Origin: Deltaproteobacteria bacterium | Lineage (GTDB): Bacteria > Bdellovibrionota_C > UBA2361 > SZUA-149 > JADZAE01 | Direction: 5' to 3' | NCBI GenBank assembly: GCA_020852715.1 | Contig: JADZAE010000034.1 | Span: 57,786 to 121,785 of the forward strand | Length of the DNA stretch: 64,000 bases | Part shown: piece after piece, positions 9,803 through 18,508 of the stretch | Layout of the letters: every line of letters starts with the position of its first letter | Position numbering within the stretch: the stretch's first letter is position 1 | Notes under the pieces: generated by a model | What the model saw: only the letters and a program-made list of their open reading frames with translations | Database searches by the model: none | What the model was told of the DNA's origin: nothing | Translations under genes and position numbers: made by a program

Positions 9803-10447
9803 ATGACAATCATTGCTCCATCTATTCTGTCTGCAGACTTCGGCAATTTAGCTGCAGATATCGAAGCAGTCACCGCTGCCGGCGCTGACTGGATACATAT
9901 TGATGTTATGGACGGACATTACGTGCCGCCAATCACTATTGGCGCAGGGGTGGTGAAAGCCCTACGTCCGATAGTCGCTGTCCCCTACGATGTGCATCTG
10001 ATGGTCAGTAACCCCGACAATCATATTAAAGACTTTGCCCAAGCCGGTGCCGATATTATCACTGTACATGCTGAGGCCGGCACTCATCTGCATCGCACTG
10101 TTCAGGCCATACATGAACACGGCAAAAAAGCCGGCGTCGCCCTAAATCCGGCAACCCCCGTGGCTCAGCTCAGTAAAATCATCGAAGATATAGAGCTGAT
10201 ACTGATTATGACGGTGAACCCCGGCTGGGGAGGTCAGGCCTATATTGATTCTATGACAGCTAAAATTGCTGAGACCAAGACTTTAATTCAATCCAGTGGC
10301 AAAGATATCTATCTGGAAGTCGATGGTGGAATAAATGAAGTCACTGCTCAAACTGTAAAAACTGCCGGCGCCAATGTTTTAGTCGCCGGCAATTATATAT
10401 TTTCTAAGCGCCAAGATTATTCCAGCCAAATAAAAAGCTTACGCTAA
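9803..10447 (+). CDS. rpe: ribulose-phosphate 3-epimerase
   Basis: Motifs IAPSILSADF, HIDVMDGHYVPPIT, MTVNPGWGGQ, EVDGGIN. 214 aa. Confidence 0.95.
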   Translation: MTIIAPSILSADFGNLAADIEAVTAAGADWIHIDVMDGHYVPPITIGAGVVKALRPIVAVPYDVHLMVSNPDNHIKDFAQAGADIITVHAEAGTHLHRTVQAIHEHGKKAGVALNPATPVAQLSKIIEDIELILIMTVNPGWGGQAYIDSMTAKIAETKTLIQSSGKDIYLEVDGGINEVTAQTVKTAGANVLVAGNYIFSKRQDYSSQIKSLR

Positions 10448-10560
10448 TCCGAATGCTCAAGGAGTAGGTGTGGCACGTATTTCGAGGGTCCCTCTTGATT
10501 TTTTTGTCAGTATCACATTCGAGCTATATTTATCCGGGAAAAACAAATACCTCGCCTTTG

Positions 10561-11944
10561 TTACTTCCACCGGATAGCTGCCGAGGCCACATTAGAAACA
10601 ACAAATCGTCCCAAAGAATCGGTATAGGCAGATGAATCACCAATTGATACCAATGCCATAGCTAGACCTTTACCCTGATAAGAATGTAATTTACCTCTGG
10701 TAAAGTCCACGGCGCTTGTCTCTAGGTCCACTTGCAAAAAAGTATCCCATTTGAGCTTCATGCCACTAGCATTGCCATTGATATAAATAAACGTTTGCTT
10801 AGATGCCGGGGAAAGCGTGGCCATATCCTTCCAGGAGTCGCCACTAAAATCCCAATCATGATGCGCGTAGCTCCGCTGGGAGCTTGGACAACGAAACTAG
10901 TAGTAAAGACGCCATCGTCACTAAGAATCGCTTTTGCGTATTCATTGTTTCCTAAAAGCACAATATCCGATAGGGCATCTTTGTTAATGTCACCGACAGC
11001 AAAATCAACAAAATTATCACTGAGATAATAGTAGTTTTTGCCAACACCATTAGTGTCCCCTTGATAAAGGCGCATGTCTCCTTTATTAGCATACACTGAT
11101 ACCGCTTGGCCGTTACTACTTAAAGATAATAAATCAAGATCGCCATCCCGATCTAAATCTTCAAGAAGCACTTTTTTAGGAGAAACATTGAGCAAAGAAG
11201 GATTATAAGCTTCGCCATTTATCGTTACTGTCGACTGGAAAATGGGATTATTTTCTAAATTTTTACCTTTATTGGCTAAAATAATAATATTGCCGAGATT
11301 GGAAATCACAAACACCGGATCAAGAAACCCATCGTTATTCAAATCCCCAAGCAACACTTTCACGCTTTGCGCGTTTTTTAGCTCTAACTTGTAAGAGCTC
11401 TTAGTAAAATTGCCGAATCCATCGTTCCAGAACACTTTTACGTATGATTTATTAAAACTTGAACTGGGCGTATTACAGCTGGTCACAGTAATAATATCCG
11501 GTTTTAAATCATTATCCAGATCTCCAATGGCTACAGCCCCGGCAACTTGAACCACTAAGCCCGCAGGACAACTGATAGTAAAGAGATCTTCTGGTGCAGA
11601 GAATTTTCCTGTGCTGCTATTAGTTAGTACACGCAGCGTGGGTTTATTTTTTTACATCACCACTAGGTCTTCATCATTATCAAAGTCGATATCTCCTCTT
11701 GCCAAATCCCCGTACTGATCTGCTTTTTCGACGCTCGACGGTTTTAAACTCGACTTTTTGGGAGCGGTAAATAACTTAGAGTCACTAGGGCTAAAATTCG
11801 ATAATTTGTTGGAAGTGGTATCCAGAGTTAGAATACTTTCTCCAAGAGGGCTGTTAGTTCTAACATATCCCCAAACAATTTTTGATGTTTCGGCGGTGGC
11901 ATTAAGGGAAAATGCTAAAAAATAAGGCAGATTATCTTTTTCAT
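10561..11944 (-). pseudogene. disrupted FG-GAP/VCBS-repeat secreted protein
   Basis: FG-GAP-type repeats are present (GDLDNDLKPDIITV, GDLNNDGFLDPVFV, DLDRDGDLDLLSL, GDINKDALSDIVLL). Three lesions are visible. The ATG at 11944 (MKKIICLIF) hits a stop after 9 codons, and the long frame continues in +1 across an A6/T6 run (11927-11932). There is an in-frame TAA at 11652-11654. A frameshift near 10870 joins the 265-aa ORF to the 87-aa ORF (...YAHHDWDFSGDSWKDMATLSPASK...). Confidence 0.6.
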
Positions 11945-12130
11945 TGGCTTATCCTTATGCTTAGTTTTTTAACTCCGCTAACAACTGATACTCTATAAAA
12001 ACTTATTCTTGTCAGCAATTTCCATATCCACCGAATAATGGGAACTTATAAGTATATATCTGTGCTAATCTGCATATTTTTAGCACAGGCCGTCCATAGC
12101 CACTACGCAATTAGTTTCGATCGGGCATTC

Positions 12131-13360
12131 TTAATAAAGAATGCGCGTCTTTATATTCGATGGCAAAGCCTCTATCGCGTCCTTCACTTGATCCGATACA
12201 TTTTTATCTATGTCTAAGATCAAATAACCTATATTTTTATAGGTAGATAAATACTGAGCGTTAACATTCGCCCCCAAGTCAGCGACAATTTTATTCACAT
12301 CTTTCAGCACACCGGGCTCGTTTTTGTGAACATTTAGAACACGGTGTGATTGCGGAAAATCCGAAAGATCCAGTGACGGGAAATTAACAGCACCATTAGT
12401 TGTCCCTTCATTAATGAACTTCATCAAGGACACGGCGACTTCTAAGCCGATATTTAGCTGCGCTTCTTCTGTGCTACCGCCAATATGCGGGGTGAGCACA
12501 ACATTATCCACGCTGGTTACGGCACAGCGAAATTCTTCTTTATTGCTCTTCGGCTCAGTAGGATAAACATCTAGGGCGGCACCAGCAATAGTTCCGCTCT
12601 CGACAGCCGTTTTTAATGCTTCTAAATCAACAACTGTGCCGCGACTGAGGTTGATGATGAAAGCAGTTTTCTTCATCATTTCTAGTTCTTTAGTTGTGAT
12701 CAGAGCTTTGTTCCCCTGCATCGCCGGCACATGTAACGTAATGAAATCTGCTTTTTTTAATATCGCTTCCACATCCTGTTCGGGCATGGCGTTACCTAAA
12801 GGCAGTTTTTTCATTTTATCATAGAACACTACGCGCATACCCAAAGCTTCAGCCATTAGTCCGACTTGCGCACCGATATGCCCATAGCCAATTACACCTA
12901 AAGTTTTGCCTTTGATCTCATAGGTTCCTTTGGCTGACTTTTCCCAAAAGCCGCTGTGCATTTTATTATTGCAGCGGCCCATACCGCGAGCCAGCATCAG
13001 AACATAGCCAATAGCCAGCTCGGCAACACTGCGCGTGCTGCTAAATGGTGCATTAAACACGGGCACACCATGTTCGGTAGCAGTATTCAAATCAACCTGA
13101 TTAGTGCCAATACCAAAGCAGCCGATAGTCAACAGCTTTTTAGCTGCCTTGATATGCTCAGCATTGACTTTAGTTTTGGAGCGAATACCTAAAACATGGA
13201 CATTGGCTATTTTTTGCAATAAATCATCAGGCCCCAGCGAGTCCGGTAGGCATTCTACATGATATCCCTCGTCAGTTAATCTCTGCGCAGCTGATTTGTG
13301 AATATTTTCCAGAAATAGAATATTGATATTTTCTTTTGGATAAGAATATTGCTTGCCCAT
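12131..13360 (-). CDS. serA: D-3-phosphoglycerate dehydrogenase (long form with ACT domain)
   Basis: Colinear over the full length with E. coli SerA as I recall it: GCFGIGTNQVDL, VFNAPFSSTRSVAEL, GVIGYGHIGAQVG, LSRGTVVD, TPHIGGSTEEAQ, and a C-terminal ...TRILY. 409 aa. Confidence 0.92.
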   Translation of the reverse strand: MGKQYSYPKENINILFLENIHKSAAQRLTDEGYHVECLPDSLGPDDLLQKIANVHVLGIRSKTKVNAEHIKAAKKLLTIGCFGIGTNQVDLNTATEHGVPVFNAPFSSTRSVAELAIGYVLMLARGMGRCNNKMHSGFWEKSAKGTYEIKGKTLGVIGYGHIGAQVGLMAEALGMRVVFYDKMKKLPLGNAMPEQDVEAILKKADFITLHVPAMQGNKALITTKELEMMKKTAFIINLSRGTVVDLEALKTAVESGTIAGAALDVYPTEPKSNKEEFRCAVTSVDNVVLTPHIGGSTEEAQLNIGLEVAVSLMKFINEGTTNGAVNFPSLDLSDFPQSHRVLNVHKNEPGVLKDVNKIVADLGANVNAQYLSTYKNIGYLILDIDKNVSDQVKDAIEALPSNIKTRILY

Positions 13361-13372
13361 TGCTCCTCTCCT

Positions 13373-14086
13373 TTATTCTCTAATATCAGTAATCACGTAA
13401 CCGCATTCAATATCTTCAATAATTTTTGCCGGACAATCAGCGATAGCTTTATCCGCCGAGCAAAACGTCAGATAAGCATCTTTTTTTGCCTCACCAATGA
13501 AAAGTGCCATCGCCACTTTAGCTTTTCGCAACAGCTGCAGCGATGAAGTCATCCGTTGGCTGGGTGGCTTGGGCGAATCTAATAGCGTTAAAAATCCAAC
13601 ATGCTCCGATGACAACAAAGGATGCCGCGGGTAGAGGGCAGCTGCATGACCATCTTCCCCTACTCCCAAAAGCACGATATCAAAAACTCCACCGCAAGCA
13701 TTTAATTCTTGTTCGTAGGTGGACGCACCAAAATCTTTCTGTTGGGGTTGGTAAATAAATGGGTGCAATTGCTTCTCGCTAATTAATCCTTGTTTTACAA
13801 AGTCACAAAAACATAACTCGAAAACTAATTTATAGTTAGAATCCTCGCTATCAATCGGCACGAGACGCTCATCGACCATAAAAAAGTTTAATCTGCCCCA
13901 AACCTCATGGGGCAACTCAGCGGCGCGGCTAGCCAGCTGCTTAAGCAATCCGACAATTGAACGTCCGCCCGGAACCGCAATGACTATCTTATCTTTGGTC
14001 AATTGGTTAATTTCCCGAAATAATACTACTACCATCTGAGCAAATAACTCCTGATGATCAGTATTAAAAATCATTTTACTTTTCAT
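13373..14086 (-). CDS. pgl: 6-phosphogluconolactonase (NagB/DevB family)
   Basis: IAVPGGRSI and LLGVGEDGHAAALYP motifs. 237 aa. Confidence 0.75.
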   Translation of the reverse strand: MKSKMIFNTDHQELFAQMVVVLFREINQLTKDKIVIAVPGGRSIVGLLKQLASRAAELPHEVWGRLNFFMVDERLVPIDSEDSNYKLVFELCFCDFVKQGLISEKQLHPFIYQPQQKDFGASTYEQELNACGGVFDIVLLGVGEDGHAAALYPRHPLLSSEHVGFLTLLDSPKPPSQRMTSSLQLLRKAKVAMALFIGEAKKDAYLTFCSADKAIADCPAKIIEDIECGYVITDIRE

Positions 14087-14170
14087 GGAATGCCACTTTT
14101 GAGGAGACTAATCGTTATCATTTATAGACATACGTAACCTAATTCTCTACCGAAGCCTAGGAACTGCCTC

Positions 14171-15613
14171 TTGCCCAATACCGCCACCGTTAGTATGAAG
14201 CAATCCATGATAGAGAATCAAATCAACACGAGTAATAAATTCCCTTATCGCAGCTTTCTTTGCTACGCGGTTTTAGCCTTAATTATGCTAATTAACCTCG
14301 CTCAGCTAGTAAAAAATGACACTAAGAGCAGTTCGCTTGAGCAGGTTGACAACCGTAGCCCAATTGCTAATACTTTAGTAGAAAAAGAATTTATTTTTGC
14401 CATCCATTATCTAGCTAAACCCTGCGTTCCTGCCTTAGAGTCTTTAGATTCCCTTCTCAAAGATAAGGTAAAAAAATACTGGCATACAAAAACAGAAAAA
14501 CTATCCCGGCAAAAGAATGCTCTATTTTCAGCAGCTGCTATTAGTATTTTTTTAGAGTTTTATGATTTTGCGCCGACACTCAATCAATCACTGCCTAGCG
14601 GTGACAGTCTTACAGATTTAGCAATCAGTCTCTTAAATGATCCCCGAAAATTACTTTCCGAAGAAGAAGAACTAGGGCTGGCTAATCAATCTTTTTTTGG
14701 CCGCTTAATTGTCTCCAAGCGGGCAAACGACAAGCAAACCCGGCTGGACACATATCGTCAGCTTATCGACAGTGCTACTGCCACCGCTAACCGTTATACG
14801 ACATTAACTACGGCTTCCCTGTTCATGACCATATTTGGACTTATTGTTGCCTTTCGTTTTGTGAGACAAGTATTTAAAAGGCAGTTAACCATGAGTTATC
14901 GGCTAAGCATATTACCGGCAGGCATTGAGCTGGAAACTTTTTGTTTATATCTAGCACTGATGATGGGTCTACCTTCTTTATTTCCTTTGCTGAAGGAATA
15001 TGTAAATCCGTCTTACCAGACGCTTCTTTTAAGTAATATTCTAGCTATCTCTTCGATGTTGATTTTATTAGCATGGCCAAGTAGCGCAGCTGTCCCCATT
15101 GGCAATACTTTGTCAGCGCTTGGCATAACTATTCCCCCGAAAAATATTGGCCTAAGTTTACGCTTTGCCTTAAGCGCTTATTGCGCTTTTTTGCCTTTTT
15201 TGTTTTTACTTCTAACCATCTATTCCGTTTTTTTGGAACGTGTCGGCGTGGACATGACTGAAGCAAGCCATCCGCTGGTTAACGTTTTGTTGGCGCCCGG
15301 AGGACAGTCTTTATTTTTCTATTCCCTATTTTTAGCAGTTGTCGTTGCGCCACTGGTTGAGGAGATTATGTTTCGCGGATTCTTATACAATTGGCTCAGG
15401 GGTTTTTGTAACGCATTTTTTAGCATTATCATCAGCTCACTCGTTTTCGCTATTCTGCATCCGCAAGGCTTACTCGGAATTCTACCCTTATTTCTTATTG
15501 CCTGCCTGTTAGGTTTCCTCAGGGAATGGAAAAATGACTTGTGGATTAATATTTTCGCCCACGCCGCTGTTAATAGCGGAACTTTGATTTTAGTTTACAC
15601 TCTTCTCCTTTGA
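14171..15613 (+). CDS. CPBP (CAAX) family intramembrane metalloprotease, long multi-TM form
   Basis: The C-terminal region carries EEIMFRGFLY, FAILH and FAHAAVN motifs in hydrophobic helices. The start codon is uncertain. Confidence 0.75.
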   Translation: MPNTATVSMKQSMIENQINTSNKFPYRSFLCYAVLALIMLINLAQLVKNDTKSSSLEQVDNRSPIANTLVEKEFIFAIHYLAKPCVPALESLDSLLKDKVKKYWHTKTEKLSRQKNALFSAAAISIFLEFYDFAPTLNQSLPSGDSLTDLAISLLNDPRKLLSEEEELGLANQSFFGRLIVSKRANDKQTRLDTYRQLIDSATATANRYTTLTTASLFMTIFGLIVAFRFVRQVFKRQLTMSYRLSILPAGIELETFCLYLALMMGLPSLFPLLKEYVNPSYQTLLLSNILAISSMLILLAWPSSAAVPIGNTLSALGITIPPKNIGLSLRFALSAYCAFLPFLFLLLTIYSVFLERVGVDMTEASHPLVNVLLAPGGQSLFFYSLFLAVVVAPLVEEIMFRGFLYNWLRGFCNAFFSIIISSLVFAILHPQGLLGILPLFLIACLLGFLREWKNDLWINIFAHAAVNSGTLILVYTLLL

Positions 15614-15630
15614 AAGCGGCTCTAGCCGCC

Positions 15631-15886
15631 GAGTCTTATACACGAATCGTAAAAGCGTGCGTTCGTGATAAATTTTGCAACACTCTTGGCGGTGCCGCCA
15701 CGGGGATAAACAATTTCACAGGCGACTGTGTTACCCGACCTATGTTGTGAGCGTCAGCGAACAACTGGGTCGCCTACGTCCAATAGGCACACGGCATTTG
15801 GCGGCTTAGCCGCATACCGCAGCTGGGATTCCCAACGTCGGCGCGTCCGCGGCATTTTCTTACGCCGGAGGCGCTGACGTGTGCTG
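15631..15886 (+). repeat. GC-rich intergenic repeat family, copy B (full length)
   Basis: The core gagtcttatacacgaatcgtaaaagcgtgcgttcgtgataaattttgcaacactc...atgttgtgagcgtcagcgaacaactgggtcgcctacg is shared with copies C and D. The 3-prime module acgtcggcgcgtc...cattttcttacgccggaggcgctgacgtgtgc is shared with copy A. It begins 18 nt after the stop codon at 15613. Confidence 0.75.
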
Positions 15887-15950
15887 TTCCAAAGTAACGC
15901 ATTCTATGAATTTGTATATGACTCACCTGACCCGAGCAACAAGTTGCAAA

Positions 15951-16109
15951 TTACACCGCACACAAAAAGTAAGTTAAACGGTGCTTTAGTAGGTAATACT
16001 ATTTTTGTGTGCGGTGTAAAGGAAACCAAGGATGGTTTCTTCGGGAGCGAGACGCCGACTCGCTCCCGAAAATGCTCTTAATGAAGCCATGGATGGCTGA
16101 ATTAAGAGC
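15951..16109. other. array of four different near-perfect stem-loops
   Basis: H1 is a perfect 18-bp inverted repeat, ttacaccgcacacaaaaa (15951-15968) / tttttgtgtgcggtgtaa (16002-16019). H2 is gaaacc/ggtttc (16022-16039). H3 is gggagcgag/ctcgctccc (16043-16067). H4 is gctcttaat...agcca/tggct...attaagagc (16074-16109). The 66-aa ORF 15881..16081 overlaps these and is probably spurious. Confidence 0.6.
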
Positions 16110-16119
16110 TAAACAAAAA

Positions 16120-16200
16120 TATACCATTACCTTAGAACAAAGATAAAAAGCATTTATGCTTTTCCGCTTATAAGTTAATTTACTTTTTGCTAATGGTATA
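16120..16200 (+). repeat. 81-nt palindromic intergenic element, copy E1
   Basis: Terminal inverted repeat tataccatta (16120-16129) / taatggtata (16191-16200), with an internal hairpin aaagca-ttta-tgcttt and a conserved gttaatttactttttg. About 80 % identical to copy E2 at 18404-18497. Confidence 0.7.
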
Positions 16201-16213
16201 ACGGATTCTGCTA

Positions 16214-17578
16214 TTGGAAAACCTGCAGCTATGTCGAAACAATGGTTTGCCGTATAAAATGTTTAACTATCAATTTATTACAATCTTTCCTGAGCTCATT
16301 GAGCAATTTATCAAAGCTGGCCTGATCAGTCGCGCCAGATCCTCAGGACTGATAGATATCAGCTGTATTAACCTGCGCGACTTTGCCATCAATACCCATG
16401 GTCAAGTTGACGATTCACCATACGGCGGAGGATCGGGAATGGTGCTTAGAGTTGAGCCGGCTTTTGCCGCCATCGACAACGCTCGACAAAAATCTCCGCA
16501 AGCTAAAGTCCTTTCCTTCACTCCACGCGGGCAGGTGTTTAACCAAGGTATGGCTCATCGTCTGCTACAGGAAGCAAACGAGAACAATGCCGGATTTATT
16601 TTGCTCTGCAATCGCTACGAAGGAGTTGACGAACGCGTTGTTCAGCAGCGTGTGGATTACGAGATCAATATGGGCGACTATATTATGATGGGCGGAGAAA
16701 CCCCGGCATTAGCTTTTCTGGAAGCGACAAGCCGTCTGATTCCCGGCGTTCTAGGCAATGCCGATTCTATCGCCGAAGAATCATTTGAAAACAATTTGCT
16801 TGAGTATCCGCAATATACAAAACCTGCAGAGTTTCAGGGGCTAAAAGTTCCTGAGGTGCTGCTTTCTGGTAACCACGCCGAAATAAAAAAATGGCGCGAA
16901 GATAAGTCCTTAGCAGACACTCTGGAAAAACGTCCGGATCTGGCTGCCAAAGCCGATTATCTCCGGAGTAAAACACCACGGATAGACACGACAAAAATCT
17001 CTTTAGCCTTAATCCATTATCCGGTGTTAGATAAACAAGGAGATATCATCACATCTTCAGTTACCAATATAGATTTGCATGACATTGCTCGCAGCTGCCG
17101 CACTTACGACATTGATAAACTCTACATAGTTCACCCGACAAAAATTCTCCGTCGTCTATCTGAGAAAATTTGCGATCACTGGGAGTTCGGCTATGGGCTT
17201 AAATATAATCCCAACCGCTCTGAGGCCCTGTCGTTAATTAAAGTATGCCCTGAATTACAAGACGTTTTGTTAGATATTAAGGAGCGCCACGGTAGGCTTC
17301 CTAAAATCGTCACAACCTCGGCGCGCTCAACATCGGATACCATCTCCTATGTGGATTTTCGTGGCATTCTCGCAACAACAACCGTGCCACATCTGATTTT
17401 ATTTGGCACCGGCTGGGGACTAGCTGATGAGGTTATGAGTTTGTCCGACTACCGCCTTGATCCTATCTACGGTTGCAGCCATTATAACCATTTGTCAGTG
17501 CGTAGCGCCGCAGCTATAATACTCGATAGATTACTGGGCAGCTTTGCCCCAAACAACCAGACTAAAGAAAGCATATGA
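16214..17578 (+). CDS. trmD: tRNA (guanine37-N1)-methyltransferase TrmD fused to a second C-terminal domain of about 190 aa (putative SPOUT-type RNA methyltransferase-like)
   Basis: The N-terminal 240 aa is TrmD (ITIFPELIEQF, DDSPYGGGSGMVL, LCNRYEGVDERV, SGNHAEIKKWR). The likely true start is the ATG at 16259 (MFNYQF...). The C-terminal half (ISLALIHYPVLDKQGDIITSSVTNIDLHDIARS..., LILFGTGWGL, NHLSVRSAAAIILDRL) resembles the Methyltrn_RNA_4-type domain from memory, but this is unverified. Confidence 0.85.
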   Translation: MENLQLCRNNGLPYKMFNYQFITIFPELIEQFIKAGLISRARSSGLIDISCINLRDFAINTHGQVDDSPYGGGSGMVLRVEPAFAAIDNARQKSPQAKVLSFTPRGQVFNQGMAHRLLQEANENNAGFILLCNRYEGVDERVVQQRVDYEINMGDYIMMGGETPALAFLEATSRLIPGVLGNADSIAEESFENNLLEYPQYTKPAEFQGLKVPEVLLSGNHAEIKKWREDKSLADTLEKRPDLAAKADYLRSKTPRIDTTKISLALIHYPVLDKQGDIITSSVTNIDLHDIARSCRTYDIDKLYIVHPTKILRRLSEKICDHWEFGYGLKYNPNRSEALSLIKVCPELQDVLLDIKERHGRLPKIVTTSARSTSDTISYVDFRGILATTTVPHLILFGTGWGLADEVMSLSDYRLDPIYGCSHYNHLSVRSAAAIILDRLLGSFAPNNQTKESI

Positions 17579-17955
17579 GTGAGCTAACCACGATACTGGA
17601 ACAGCTGGAGAGTTATAAATCCAAATATGACAGCGCTCAACAGAAGCTGGCCACTCAGACTGAAACTATGTCCCGCTTGGCCCAGGACAATGAAGAATTA
17701 AAAGAAAAAGCTCAGAAGTGCCAAAATGTTGAGCAGGAACTGGAAAAGCTTAAGCAGGAATTTGCTGAGTATAAAGTGCAAATGCGTTATATCAACGATC
17801 GTAACGAGCAGCTTTTGCACAAGGAACACGTATTAAATTGCGTAACATCTTCTGCTTCCTATCGCTTAACCCGCAAACTAGTTGAGCTGGTAAAAAAGTT
17901 TCCATTGGCCAGTAAAATAAAGAAAATCGCTCAGCTGATTAAAAGTCGTATTTAA
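17575..17955 (+). CDS. coiled-coil protein of unknown function, translationally coupled to trmD
   Basis: ATGA start/stop overlap with trmD. The sequence is heptad-like and Q/E/K-rich (QEFAEYKVQMRYINDRNEQLL). No family recognised. Confidence 0.5.
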   Translation: MSELTTILEQLESYKSKYDSAQQKLATQTETMSRLAQDNEELKEKAQKCQNVEQELEKLKQEFAEYKVQMRYINDRNEQLLHKEHVLNCVTSSASYRLTRKLVELVKKFPLASKIKKIAQLIKSRI

Positions 17956-18403
17956 GCAAAAAGAGGGATTTTACTAAAACCCGAGATGGGCAACATTACT
18001 CTTACTGCGCACGAAGGAGCTAATATGACTAATAATATTACTATTGATACAGATAAAATCGATGAAATGACTTTGGCATTGATGTCGCTAGAGAGCTTTT
18101 CTGAGCATGGGATTTGAACCTCCCCCGATTTACCGGACAGTAATAATGGAGTAAGTAAAACTGTCAGGAAATAAAAAGGGCATTAGCTCTAAATTTATCA
18201 CCAGATTTTTTAATAGTTTTCAGTGGTTAATGTCTCCTTCTGTATATTGCTCTTATAAAATGCAATATGCATGTATTTTGCATTTATTACAAATGATTCA
18301 CAAATCACAGCCTTATTTCTAAAACAGCTTGGGGTAAGAAACGGCAAATATGTTCCGCAAACTTATCTGACTAGACCTGAAAAGAAAACATTTAAAAACA
18401 TCT

Positions 18404-18497
18404 GCGGGGATATACCATTACCTTAGAGTAAAGATTGAAAGCATTTATGCTTTTCAGCACAAAAGTTAATTTACTTTTTGGTATGGTATATCCCCGC
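18404..18497 (+). repeat. palindromic intergenic element, copy E2 (extended 14-bp terminal inverted repeat)
   Basis: gcggggatatacca (18404-18417) / tggtatatccccgc (18484-18497) flank the same internal sequence as E1 (ccttaga.taaagat..aaagcatttatgctttt...aagttaatttactttttg). It ends 12 nt beyond the stop of the minus-strand gene 18509..19117. Confidence 0.7.
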
Positions 18498-18508
18498 CGG
18501 GAGAGGAA

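Noticed and set aside
12060-12088. Hairpin ctgtgctaa...ttagcacag downstream of serA as an intrinsic terminator
   Set aside because: The 9-bp stem is real, but on the serA (minus) strand it is not followed by a U-run, and the 11-nt loop is large. It is left uncalled.
15881-16081. 66-aa ORF 15881..16081
   Set aside because: It is threaded through the perfect inverted repeats H1-H3, has no RBS, and its sequence is better explained as structured non-coding DNA.
15951-16109. A possible CRISPR array, given the closely spaced palindromes
   Set aside because: The four stem-loops have different sequences and lengths. There is no repeated unit with regular spacers and no cas genes in the window.
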